DNA of 64,000 bases from Gemmatales bacterium (lineage in GTDB: Bacteria > Planctomycetota > Planctomycetia > Gemmatales > HRBIN36), in NCBI GenBank assembly GCA_025060195.1, contig JANXCQ010000007.1, positions 34,647 through 98,646 on the forward strand. Direction: 5' to 3'. A model generated the notes under the pieces. That model was not told the DNA's origin, made no database searches, and saw only the letters and a program-made list of their open reading frames with translations. This document shows positions 27,017 to 36,944 of this stretch, piece by piece (positions within the stretch are counted from its first letter, which is position 1; every line of letters starts with the position of its first letter). A program made the position numbers and the translations under genes.

Positions 27017-29296
27017 GTGGCAGTTGTTCGAGTCGAACGAGTCATAGGCAGGCATCCTTTGGTCATCGAAACAGGTAAATTTGCTAAACAGGCCCATGGG
27101 GCCGTTACTGTCCAGTATGGTGATAGCGTGGTACTGGTTGCGGTGGTCGAAGGAAATGCCCAAGCGGGGCAGGACTTTTTCCCTCTCACCGTGGATTACC
27201 GGGAAAAGACTTACGCGGCTGGGAAATTCCCGGGCGGTTTCTTCAAACGAGAGGGACGACCGACCACGAAAGAAATCCTGACGAGCCGGCTAATCGACCG
27301 TCCCATTCGGCCCCTGTTCCCGTCGCATTACTCTCGAGAAGTGCAAATTCAAGCCATAGTGTTGTCGGCCGATCCTGATTACGACCCCGACGTACTGGCC
27401 ATGAATGGGGCCAGCGCCGCACTTCATATTTCTCCCATTCCTTTCCTGGGTCCGACGGGGGCCATTCGCTTGGGACGGGTTGATGGCCAATTCATTGTGT
27501 TTCCCACGTACGACGAAGTCGAGCAGGGCGACTTGGACCTGGTGGTTTCCGGAAATCGCGAAGGAGTTACCATGATCGAGGGGTTCGCTAAGGAGTTATC
27601 CGAAGAAGAAATGTTGCAGGCCATTTTACGTGCTCATCAGGAGAGCCAACTAATTATCGAGATGGTCCAGGAACTCCGCGAGAAGCTCGGCCTGGCTCCG
27701 AAGGAAATTCCTTCGCCTCCAGAAAATCCGCTAAAGAACATTTTCCGGGAGCGCTTTTATGACGAAATGCTGGAGGCAAAGCTGACCCCGAAAAAACAGG
27801 AGCGAAAGGAAAAAGTCGAAGCCCTGAAGCAGCGCATCGTCCAAGAATATCTTCCAGGCACGATTGCCAGTGAGGGCCAGGTGCCTGCCTGGACGCCAGA
27901 ACAAATCCAGGAAGCGCTCACGTGGCTGGAGAAGCGCGTGGTGCGGGACTTGGCGTTGCAGGGCCGACGGCTGGACGGACGAGGTCTGAAGGAATTACGC
28001 CCCGTCAGTTGCGAAGTGGGAGTGCTGCCGCGGACTCACGGCTCAGCTGTGTTTACGCGCGGAGAGACTCAAGCCCTGGTAACTACGACTCTGGGTACGG
28101 TCAGCGACGAGCAACGCGTCGAGGGCTTGGTCGAAGAATATACCAAAAAATTCATGCTCGACTATAACTTCCCGCCATTCAGCGTTGGCGAAGTCCGTCC
28201 CATCCGAGGACCAGGCCGCCGAGAAGTGGGTCATGGGGCTTTGGCAGAACGTTCCCTGAAGGCAGTTATGCCAACGCCGGAGGAGTTTCCTTATACGATT
28301 CGGGTAGTCTCGGAAATCCTCGAATCGAATGGTTCGAGCAGTATGGCCACGGTGTGCGGCGCTACCCTCAGTCTCATGGATGCGGGCGTGCCGATTTATC
28401 AACCCGTAGCAGGAATTTCGATTGGCTTGGTCCAAGAAGAGGATCGCTATGTCCTGTTGACCGATATCATGGGCGATGAAGACCATTTCGGCGACATGGA
28501 TTTCAAAGTCGCCGGCACGGGTTATGGCATCACTGGCATTCAGCTCGACCTGAAGATTGCCGGCATTCGGGAAGAGATCATTCGCGAGACCTTGCAACAG
28601 GCGCGGGAGGCGCGTCATCGTATCCTGCAGATCATGCTGCAAACGTTACCGCGACCGAGACCGGAAATCAGCAAGAATGCTCCCAGGCTTTTCGTGCTGC
28701 GTATTGATCCTGAAAAAATCGGCCTGCTCATCGGCCCAGGAGGCAAGACCGTCAAGTCTATTCAGGACGAAACCCACTCACGCATCGACATTGCGGAAGA
28801 CGGTACTGTGGTTATTTGTTGTTATGACCACGACAAAGCCGATCTCGCCGTGAGCAAAGTACGTGCGCTAACCGAAGAGGTGCGTGTCGGCAACATTTAC
28901 GATGGGAAAGTGATCGGGATCAAAGAATTCGGTGCGTTTGTCGAGGTATTGCCGGGTAAAGATGGTTTGGTGCACATCAGTGAACTGGACGACAAGTTCG
29001 TTTCTCGAGTGGAAGATGTGGTCAAGGTGGGGGACCGCATCCCTGTGAAGGTCATCGCGATTGATGAACAAGACCGCTTGAAACTGTCGCGTAAGGCGGC
29101 ACTGCGTGAGCTGCGCGAAAAGCAGGCGATGCAGGGAGAGCCAGCGCCCTCAGCCGGAGCCGAGGAAGGAGCCACGCCACCACCGGAGCCTTTCGAAGAG
29201 GAGATTGCAACGCCCCGCCGCGAGCCTTCTCGGGAACGCCGGGACATGGGCCGACGGCCGACCCGGCGCCGCGACCATCGGGATCGCTATCGTTAG
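27017..29296 (+). CDS. pnp: Polyribonucleotide nucleotidyltransferase (PNPase).
   Basis: GTG 27017 has GAGGAG 6 nt upstream. Two RNase PH domains, KH and S1 (GNIYDGKVIGIKEFGAFVEV) are present. There is an Arg-rich C-terminal tail. The gene sits in classic rpsO-pnp synteny. Confidence 0.95.
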   Translation: MAVVRVERVIGRHPLVIETGKFAKQAHGAVTVQYGDSVVLVAVVEGNAQAGQDFFPLTVDYREKTYAAGKFPGGFFKREGRPTTKEILTSRLIDRPIRPLFPSHYSREVQIQAIVLSADPDYDPDVLAMNGASAALHISPIPFLGPTGAIRLGRVDGQFIVFPTYDEVEQGDLDLVVSGNREGVTMIEGFAKELSEEEMLQAILRAHQESQLIIEMVQELREKLGLAPKEIPSPPENPLKNIFRERFYDEMLEAKLTPKKQERKEKVEALKQRIVQEYLPGTIASEGQVPAWTPEQIQEALTWLEKRVVRDLALQGRRLDGRGLKELRPVSCEVGVLPRTHGSAVFTRGETQALVTTTLGTVSDEQRVEGLVEEYTKKFMLDYNFPPFSVGEVRPIRGPGRREVGHGALAERSLKAVMPTPEEFPYTIRVVSEILESNGSSSMATVCGATLSLMDAGVPIYQPVAGISIGLVQEEDRYVLLTDIMGDEDHFGDMDFKVAGTGYGITGIQLDLKIAGIREEIIRETLQQAREARHRILQIMLQTLPRPRPEISKNAPRLFVLRIDPEKIGLLIGPGGKTVKSIQDETHSRIDIAEDGTVVICCYDHDKADLAVSKVRALTEEVRVGNIYDGKVIGIKEFGAFVEVLPGKDGLVHISELDDKFVSRVEDVVKVGDRIPVKVIAIDEQDRLKLSRKAALRELREKQAMQGEPAPSAGAEEGATPPPEPFEEEIATPRREPSRERRDMGRRPTRRRDHRDRYR

Positions 29297-29320
29297 ACGC
29301 CCCATCCGCGAAGCTGCTTT

Positions 29321-30097
29321 ATGAGCGAGACCGCAACTTTATCCTGTCCACCTGCCGAGCACCTGCCCTGTGCGTCAGGTGATTTTCAGGGGTCAAGCTC
29401 GTCCGACCTCTCAGCTCGTTACCGGGAGCTGGCAGACTTGGCAGGGCGGATGGTTCACGAGATCAAGAATCATCTCAGCACCCTCAGTCTTAACTTGCAA
29501 TTGTTAAGCGAGGAACTGCAGAATCCCGAAACCCCGCGCGAACGTCGCACGCTCCAACGGGTGCGTCGGCTTCAGCAGGAATGCCAGCGACTGGCTGATT
29601 TTTCTAACGAGTTTCTCCGCTTCGTGCGCGCGGGCCAGCTTCAACGCCGTCCCGAAAACTTAGCTGAGGTACTCCGCGAACTCGCTCAACTAGTTTCTCC
29701 CTCGCTGCAACAAAAAGGGATCGATTTACAAATTTTCCTACCCGCAGACTTGCCTGCTCTGGAGTTGGATCGCGACCTTTTTCAACAAGCGCTGCTCAAT
29801 CTCTTGCTCAACGCAGAGCAGGCCATGCCGCGCGGCGGACTGATCACCCTGCAGGTTGAACAGCTGCCCCACGCCGTTCGCCTGAGTGTTATTGATACGG
29901 GCGAAGGCATGACTCCCGAGGTGCTGGCACAAATCTTCCAACCCTTCTTCTCGACACGCCCCAACGGGAGTGGCTTAGGCTTACCCACGACTAAAAAGAT
30001 TATCGAGGCCCACGGCGGACAAATCGACGTGCAAAGTGAACCGGGGCACGGTACCCGGGTCGATATTACCCTGCCTGTCCGGTTTGCTTCCGCTTGA
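29321..30097 (+). CDS. Cytoplasmic sensor histidine kinase (HisKA + HATPase_c, no TM segment).
   Basis: H-box MVHEIKNHLSTL, N-box LLNLLLNAEQAM, G1 VIDTGEGM, G2 GSGLGL. Confidence 0.85.
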   Translation: MSETATLSCPPAEHLPCASGDFQGSSSSDLSARYRELADLAGRMVHEIKNHLSTLSLNLQLLSEELQNPETPRERRTLQRVRRLQQECQRLADFSNEFLRFVRAGQLQRRPENLAEVLRELAQLVSPSLQQKGIDLQIFLPADLPALELDRDLFQQALLNLLLNAEQAMPRGGLITLQVEQLPHAVRLSVIDTGEGMTPEVLAQIFQPFFSTRPNGSGLGLPTTKKIIEAHGGQIDVQSEPGHGTRVDITLPVRFASA

Positions 30098-30224
30098 CCT
30101 AAGTTGCAGCCTTCCCTACGATGATGATAAGCAACATATGTTCGTTATCATCCAGCGCGTTACCCCTGGGGCGATTGTGGCACAAAATGACCCTGAAAGG
30201 CCTTCCACAATTTCGAGGTGAGCC

Positions 30225-31289
30225 ATGAGCTACCTTGCCAAATTTCCCTTTGGCATGTTAACTGGTGCTATCTTAGCTTGGGCGCTTACTTATCCGGGCT
30301 CCGTTCCTAAGGGACAAGCTCAAGAAAGAAAATTACCAGAAAAACGAAAATTCAACGCGACTACCGCCGACGGAGTTCGCCTAGTCGGAGATTTTTATCC
30401 CTCTCCAAAAGGCCATAACGGCCCGACCATTATGTTGTTGCATGCGATAGGCCGCTCTGCCACAAAAGACGCGCTCAGCCGAAAGAATTTTGCTCCAGCT
30501 TTTATCGAAGAATTACAAGCACTGGGCTATGCGGTGTTGACCTTTGACTTTCGGGGGTACGGAGAGAGCACCCAGGTGGAAATGAAGTTCTGGGATTCCA
30601 ATCCGCTCAAGCTGCCGGTCAACCGTGCGAATCCGCCGACCTCTATCGAGTCGAGCAAATTCACCCTCGCTCAACATTTTCTGACGATGGGCAACGACCT
30701 CACCGCGGCCAAGGAATGGCTCAATCTGGCCAACAACAGCAGGGAGTGCAATTCCGCGGCCCTTGTGCTGGTCGCCTGTGAAGAAACAGCGATGTTGGCC
30801 TTAGCTTGGGCATATTGTGAGCATCTCGACCCTGCCCGTCGTAAGGACCCCACGAATCCAACCAGCGAACAGCAGGGCAAGGACATAGTAGCGTTCATTT
30901 TCCTGAGCTTTCGCGATTCCCTGAATGGCGTGGGACAAAGCATACGCTTGCCAGGTTGGTTTCAAAAGTGTCCCAGCTTGCGAGATACCCCCATGGCTAA
31001 CATTGTCAGCGCCGAGGACGCCGCGGGGCAAAATTCATGGAAGCGCGTGCTCCCCTACATCCGACCGGAAAATCTGAAGGCTAAATATGAAGCTCGTGGC
31101 ATGGGTATCACGCACGTGGTCAAAAGCAAGCTCGTAGGTCATCGCCTCCTAACTGGCGTGGCTAACTTCAAGGCGGAAGAATGGATTGATAGCTACTTGA
31201 CCAAGCATCTACCGGGCGACCGAGTCTGGCGGCAACAACCCCAAGTCGGCAACGTGGCTGAGTTCAATTTTCGTCTCCTCGGCTTCTAA
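30225..31289 (+). CDS. Secreted alpha/beta-hydrolase-fold-like protein with a non-canonical nucleophile elbow.
   Basis: Has a signal-like N-terminus, then IMLLHAIGRS and FDFRGYGES. Where GxSxG is expected, the sequence reads LVLVACEETAMLAL. Confidence 0.5.
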   Translation: MSYLAKFPFGMLTGAILAWALTYPGSVPKGQAQERKLPEKRKFNATTADGVRLVGDFYPSPKGHNGPTIMLLHAIGRSATKDALSRKNFAPAFIEELQALGYAVLTFDFRGYGESTQVEMKFWDSNPLKLPVNRANPPTSIESSKFTLAQHFLTMGNDLTAAKEWLNLANNSRECNSAALVLVACEETAMLALAWAYCEHLDPARRKDPTNPTSEQQGKDIVAFIFLSFRDSLNGVGQSIRLPGWFQKCPSLRDTPMANIVSAEDAAGQNSWKRVLPYIRPENLKAKYEARGMGITHVVKSKLVGHRLLTGVANFKAEEWIDSYLTKHLPGDRVWRQQPQVGNVAEFNFRLLGF

Positions 31290-31398
31290 GTCCTAAACCG
31301 ATCCCTTCATTGCCCTGATAGCCCGCCGAGTGCTTATTCACCCTGCGCGAGGATTCGACTTCGAGTCCCAAGCGGGAGGTATTGTTCACGATTGAGCC

Positions 31399-33030
31399 TC
31401 AAGGTTTGGCTTCGGGTTTTTCGGGCTCGGCAGGTTTGGCGGGAACGGCCGCCCCTCGGACCAGAGCACGGAGGTCCAGGAAGCCCATCTGTAACAGAAA
31501 GAGCCGCACTCCGACTATATCCATGCCCCGCCGTCGTGCCTCTTCTTCGAGCATTTCGAACGGGTCTCTTGTCTCGACAGGCTTACCCTCTTCGCCTTCC
31601 TGCGGCTTTTGAATGACGCGGAAGCCGGGATTGATACCCACCACCAACATGTCGGTTCGTTCGCTGAGGCGCCCTTCAGTTACGTAGCCTGCTTCGGTGT
31701 AACGTAAGTGTAAGTCCACTACCACGCCTCGCTCCTGCAGTAACCGTTTGAACATATCCGAGTCGTCCTTACCATCACCATCGAGGTCAATCAAGCCCGC
31801 CAGAGCCAAGTGTACTGGTTCATCAGGTTTCCAGGCGCTGTTATAGATGAAATCTCCTGGACGAATTGGATCACGAAGCAGCACAAATTTCGTGGGCTCG
31901 GTGATCCAATAGCGTTCGTCAAACTCCTCCCAGGTGGGATCGCGCAGTTCCTCAGGCTTTACCATACGGGTAACGCGGGCTACCGCAGTATCACGATTCA
32001 CCCGAACCACCTGAATCATGGCCTTGATCTTGGGAACTAATCGCCCATCGGGGCCCTGTGGGTAGACGCTGAAAGTGATGCCCTCAGGCAGACGGTGAAC
32101 TTGGCCCCGATCAATAATCACCGAGTCCCCCGCGGGACTGGCGGACAAAATCCGCCCGCTGGGTTGGATGAGCCGTGCTAACTCCAAGCGGGGTCGCGCC
32201 GCCGCCCGTACCTGCGCCACCTCGGCCTCCATTTGCGCCAAACGTTTGTTCATTTCCAGCAATAACTGTTTCTTCTCCTCATCCGCCTGGGCCAAGAGCT
32301 TTTTGATACGGTCGTCCATATCCTGACTAAGTGCCTGTAACTTAGCTTGCAAACCTTTTAGGCGGGCTTCATGTTCCTGTTCTTTCCTCGCTAATTCTTT
32401 TTGATGTTGCTCACGCTGTCGCGCCAATTCGTCATTCAAGCGGTTTTCGTTCCATTGGGCCTTGTAGTTGTCATATTCCTGCTGTAGCCGATCCAATTTG
32501 GCCTGCAAGTCGTCGAGCCTGCGTTTGAAGTCGGCGGCGTGTAGCATAGCTTGCTGAAGACGCCGCGGCAGTGACGGTGCCTGATTTTTTTCCCTAAACG
32601 GCTCTAAACGCCCCCCTTGCTTGATGCCGTAATCGCCTAATACTTCGGGCTTTTGGATGTATTCCAGGGCCTTGAGGAAAATATCGGGCACATCCTTAGG
32701 GCGACTGGCCTCGGGCGTGTTGAGATACTCGGTGAGCCGCCGGCAAGCCTCCGCGAAATCTCCGTCTTTCAACGCTTCGTTTTCGGGATACACCCATGCC
32801 AAGGCCAACGGTAGTAGCCACACACCGAACATTTCCACGCGCTTATTAGCTTCGCTTAACTCTTGTCGCGCCCGTTGTTCTGCGGCGCGCGCCTGTTTTG
32901 TCTTGTCCTTTTCCAAGTATAATAGCACGCCGAGCACCAGGGCGAGTAAGATGCTGAATACTAAAAATACGATAACCACCGGATGCGTGCCTCGACTGGC
33001 AGTTTCCGTGCGGGCTGCTCTGCGGGCCAT
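31399..33030 (-). CDS. Hypothetical membrane-anchored coiled-coil protein.
   Basis: ATG 33030 has AGGAGAA 6-7 nt upstream (track start TTG 33066). The TM segment is VVIVFLVFSILLALVLGVLLYL. About 150 aa are E/K/Q/L-rich coiled coil, followed by a globular C-terminal domain and a PAKPAEPEKPEAKP tail. Confidence 0.6.
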   Translation of the reverse strand: MARRAARTETASRGTHPVVIVFLVFSILLALVLGVLLYLEKDKTKQARAAEQRARQELSEANKRVEMFGVWLLPLALAWVYPENEALKDGDFAEACRRLTEYLNTPEASRPKDVPDIFLKALEYIQKPEVLGDYGIKQGGRLEPFREKNQAPSLPRRLQQAMLHAADFKRRLDDLQAKLDRLQQEYDNYKAQWNENRLNDELARQREQHQKELARKEQEHEARLKGLQAKLQALSQDMDDRIKKLLAQADEEKKQLLLEMNKRLAQMEAEVAQVRAAARPRLELARLIQPSGRILSASPAGDSVIIDRGQVHRLPEGITFSVYPQGPDGRLVPKIKAMIQVVRVNRDTAVARVTRMVKPEELRDPTWEEFDERYWITEPTKFVLLRDPIRPGDFIYNSAWKPDEPVHLALAGLIDLDGDGKDDSDMFKRLLQERGVVVDLHLRYTEAGYVTEGRLSERTDMLVVGINPGFRVIQKPQEGEEGKPVETRDPFEMLEEEARRRGMDIVGVRLFLLQMGFLDLRALVRGAAVPAKPAEPEKPEAKP

Positions 33031-33099
33031 AGGTTTTCTCCTGACGACTGCTGCTCGGATCGACAACTTTTCGCTGCCGTTGAGTTGCCGCCCAGCATA

Positions 33100-33128
33100 A
33101 GTGTAAGTCCTTACCTCGAACCTGTCAA
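33100..33128 (-). promoter_or_regulatory. Candidate sigma70 promoter of the coiled-coil gene.
   Basis: On the minus strand: a perfect TTGACA (33128-33123), a 17-nt spacer, then TACACT (33105-33100), about 70 nt upstream of ATG 33030. Confidence 0.35.
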
Positions 33129-33364
33129 TTTTCCCGCCTGAGCGAAACGCAACCTGGCTCGGTTAGCTGCCAGCCGTATGCACTCGCCAGCGGTGCTTCT
33201 CGATGGGCCTTAGGTTTTTGGCCTTCATTGGATGCCATTGATTTGCCCTAACCTAGTGTCTAAGATGGGCAGGAGTTGTAAACCTTGTACCATTCATGCT
33301 ACCGTGGGGCATCCAACGCACAGGCTTTGTAACGTTTTTTCGACTAAAGGGGAGCTTAGGAGCG

Positions 33365-33921
<557 letters not shown>

Positions 33922-33925
<4 letters not shown>

Positions 33926-34233
33926 GCCCAGCTATGAGCCAGAGCGCTGTGGGTCAGGAGAAATGGGTGCCTGTGGCTGACTATCGGCAACTTCGGCCCG
34001 GTCAACGTATTCGCATCACGCAGAGGGTTCGTGTTGGTCTCGATTGCTGGTCGGCTACGGTCACGGGTACTTTTCGCGAAGCGCAAGTGCTAGTGGTCGG
34101 CTTGTCTACGGAAAGGGCCCCTGATGATGTGTTTTCAGCGCCCACCTTACACTTCGTCAAAGAGAACGGCGAGTTGAGTAGCATAGTAGTGGACGAATTC
34201 ACCAAGATCGAAGTCCTGGAAACCGAGGCATGA
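33922..34233 (+). CDS. Hypothetical small protein (about 100 aa), translationally coupled on both sides.
   Basis: GTG 33922 overlaps the ilvN-like stop (GTGA). An alternative ATG is at 33934. Its stop overlaps the next ATG (ATGA at 34230-34233). I recognise no motif. Confidence 0.5.
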
Positions 34234-35099
34234 AAACACCATCGCTCCCAGAGGTATTTCGCGATCATCGTCGAAGTTTTGAGGATAACCGCTACGTTTA
34301 CGCGGTGATCTCGCGGCGAAGCAAAGGACTGAGTTTGGGCATCAACCTGAACCCTGATAAGGCCTGCAATTTTGACTGTGTCTATTGCCAGGTGGATCGA
34401 CGGACGCCCCCACAGATTCGCGAGGTGGACCTCGGTCGGTTACGCCACGAATTGGAGGCGATGATCCCACTGGCGCAGAGCGGTGCCATCTTCGATTGGC
34501 CACGGTTTCGTCTGACCCCGGCTCCGTTACGGCGCTGGAATGACATCGCCTTCAGTGGCGACGGCGAGCCCACGGCGGCCCGCGAGTTCCTCGAGGCGGT
34601 TCGCCTGGTCGTGGAGCTGAAACAGAAGTACCGCCTGGGAGGGATCAAGATACTTCTGCTTACGAACGCGACCCTACTGCATCGGCCCCAAGTGCAGCAA
34701 GCGTTACAACTCCTCGATGACAACGAGGGGGAGATTTGGGCCAAGCTTGATGCGGGCACCGAGGCGTATTATCGCGAAATTGAACGGACGACAGTCCCCT
34801 GGACGCGGGTATTGGAGAATTTACGGCACGCAGCGCAACAGAGGCCTATCGTCATCCAATCGTTGTTTCTGCGTTGGCGCGGTGCGCCGCCCGACGGCCA
34901 TGAGATTGAAGCTTATTGCCAGCGGCTACGTGAGATTGTACAGGCCGGGGGACAGATTCGTCTGGTGCAAGTGTACACAGTGGCTCGTCCGCCCGCTGAA
35001 GCCGAGGCATTGCCGTTGACCGACGCCGAACTAAACGCCCTTGCTGAAACTGTGCGTCAGCGAACGGGTCTGGTCGTTGAGACTTATCCTGGCGGATAG
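34230..35099 (+). CDS. Radical SAM protein.
   Basis: CNFDCVYCQ (CxxxCxxC) about 55 aa from the N-terminus, FSGDGEPT, and 289 aa of TIM-barrel-like length. Confidence 0.8.
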   Translation: MKTPSLPEVFRDHRRSFEDNRYVYAVISRRSKGLSLGINLNPDKACNFDCVYCQVDRRTPPQIREVDLGRLRHELEAMIPLAQSGAIFDWPRFRLTPAPLRRWNDIAFSGDGEPTAAREFLEAVRLVVELKQKYRLGGIKILLLTNATLLHRPQVQQALQLLDDNEGEIWAKLDAGTEAYYREIERTTVPWTRVLENLRHAAQQRPIVIQSLFLRWRGAPPDGHEIEAYCQRLREIVQAGGQIRLVQVYTVARPPAEAEALPLTDAELNALAETVRQRTGLVVETYPGG

Positions 35100-35105
35100 A
35101 CGACA

Positions 35106-36284
35106 TTGAGCCTGGGAACATCTTCACCCGCGATGACGCCTTCTGCAGCTCCCGATTGGCAGGGGTTTCGTGAACAGTTCCCCGTTACGCAGCGCTGGGC
35201 CTTTTTTGATCACGCGGCCGTATCTCCGATTAGTCGCGCCGCGCATGCCGCACTGTGTGCTTGGGCAGACGATGTGCTTTATAACGGCGAGGTGAATGAG
35301 CCTACGTGGGACAGGGAAATCGAAAACATCCGAGGCTTAGCAGCCCAGTTGCTCGACGCCGAGCCCGATTGTATCGCATTTATCAAAAATACCTCAGAGG
35401 GCATTGGTTTCGTGGCCGAGGGCTACCCTTGGCAACCGGGCGACAACGTGGTTATCCCTGCGGACGAATATCCATCGAACGTCTATCCTTGGCAGAACCT
35501 GGCGGCGCGAGGCGTCGAGGTGCGTTTCGTGCCCAGCCGAGCGGGGCGTGTGCTGCTCGATGATATCCGCGCCGCGATGAACAGCCGCACTCGCTTGTTG
35601 GCCGTCAGTTTTGTCGAATTTGCCACGGGTTTTCGGTTACCTTTGGCCGACTTAGCGGAAATATGCCATGCACGGGGTGTTCATCTTTTCGTCGACGCAA
35701 TACAAGGGCTGGGGGCAATCCCGTTGAGTGTTCGTGAGGTGCCTGTGGACTTTTTGGCCGCGGGCAGTCATAAATGGCTGCTCGGCCCGGTCGGTGCAGG
35801 CATTTTTTATCTCCGGCAAGACTTGCTCGATTTCTTGCGTCCCGTCAGTGTGGGCTGGAAGAGTGTAGTGCGCCACTGGGATTTTACCACTCTCGATTTT
35901 CGACTCAAACCTTCGGCCTTGCGGTGGGAGAACGGGACGCTGAGCGCAGGAGTTTTATTAGCCCTGGGTGCGGCATTGCGGCTGTTGCTGCAGATGGGTA
36001 TTGCTCGCATCTGGCAACGCATTGAGGTGCTTACGGACAGCTTATGCCAACAACTCGAGGCAGGTGGTTGGCAGGTCTTCAGTAGTCGCTTACCGCAGGA
36101 AAAATCAGGCATTGTTTCCGTCGTGCCGAAAAACCAGCCCGCAAAGCAGCTGGTACGCCTAGCGCGACAAATGGGCATCGTCATCAATCACCGCGCCGCG
36201 CGGCTCCGCATTAGTCCGCATGCTTATAACAATGAAGATGAGCTGACGCGTCTCATCGAGTTTCTTCAGCGAGCTGATGCCTGA
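35106..36284 (+). CDS. Class-V PLP-dependent aminotransferase or cysteine-desulfurase-like enzyme.
   Basis: FLAAGSHKWLLGP (PLP-lysine context) and FVDAIQGLG. The start is TTG 35106 or ATG 35133. Confidence 0.8.
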   Translation: MSLGTSSPAMTPSAAPDWQGFREQFPVTQRWAFFDHAAVSPISRAAHAALCAWADDVLYNGEVNEPTWDREIENIRGLAAQLLDAEPDCIAFIKNTSEGIGFVAEGYPWQPGDNVVIPADEYPSNVYPWQNLAARGVEVRFVPSRAGRVLLDDIRAAMNSRTRLLAVSFVEFATGFRLPLADLAEICHARGVHLFVDAIQGLGAIPLSVREVPVDFLAAGSHKWLLGPVGAGIFYLRQDLLDFLRPVSVGWKSVVRHWDFTTLDFRLKPSALRWENGTLSAGVLLALGAALRLLLQMGIARIWQRIEVLTDSLCQQLEAGGWQVFSSRLPQEKSGIVSVVPKNQPAKQLVRLARQMGIVINHRAARLRISPHAYNNEDELTRLIEFLQRADA

Positions 36285-36350
36285 ACGTATCGTCGAGGTC
36301 AATGCTTGGGAAGATCTGGCCGTGCCGATACGTTAGCTGGGGAAGCGATC

Positions 36351-36890
36351 ATGGAACGCGCCGATCCGCAAGTGGCCGTTTACACCGGTACCTTCGACCC
36401 AGTGCATCTGGGGCATCTCGATATTATCGAGCGCGGTAGTCGCATCTTCCGACGCCTGATTGTTGGCGTCGGCATCAATCCCGAAAAGACGCCGTTCTTC
36501 AGCATCGAGGAACGCATCGAGATGCTGCAAATCGTGTGTCAACGCTTTCCCAATGTGGAAGTAAGGTCGTTCCACGGCTTAGCCGTCTGCTTCGTGCGCT
36601 CCGTGGGGGCGGGTGTCATGCTCCGCGGCTTGCGCACTGTGAGCGACATGGAATATGAGTTTAGCATGTCGCTCACCAATCAGACCCTCGACCCAGAAAT
36701 TGAAACAGTATTCCTCATGGCCAAGGTCGAGTATTCGCACTTGAGCAGTTCCCTCATCCGGCAAATCGCGGCCTTTGGAGGTGACCTGAGCCGCTTTCTG
36801 CCCGCCGAGCTAATTCCGGTCATGCAGAAGCGTGTTCGGCAGCATCTGCAATTGCCCAACCCAGGGATATTCCCCAACCGGCCTGATTAG
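36351..36890 (+). CDS. coaD: Phosphopantetheine adenylyltransferase.
   Basis: VAVYTGTFDPVHLGHLDIIERG (T/HxGH motif) and SSSLIRQI. The start is ATG 36351. Confidence 0.9.
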   Translation: MERADPQVAVYTGTFDPVHLGHLDIIERGSRIFRRLIVGVGINPEKTPFFSIEERIEMLQIVCQRFPNVEVRSFHGLAVCFVRSVGAGVMLRGLRTVSDMEYEFSMSLTNQTLDPEIETVFLMAKVEYSHLSSSLIRQIAAFGGDLSRFLPAELIPVMQKRVRQHLQLPNPGIFPNRPD

Positions 36891-36944
36891 GAAAATGATA
36901 GCGAGTCGCCAACCGACCCAGCTTTATCGCCGTGGAATGCGCGT

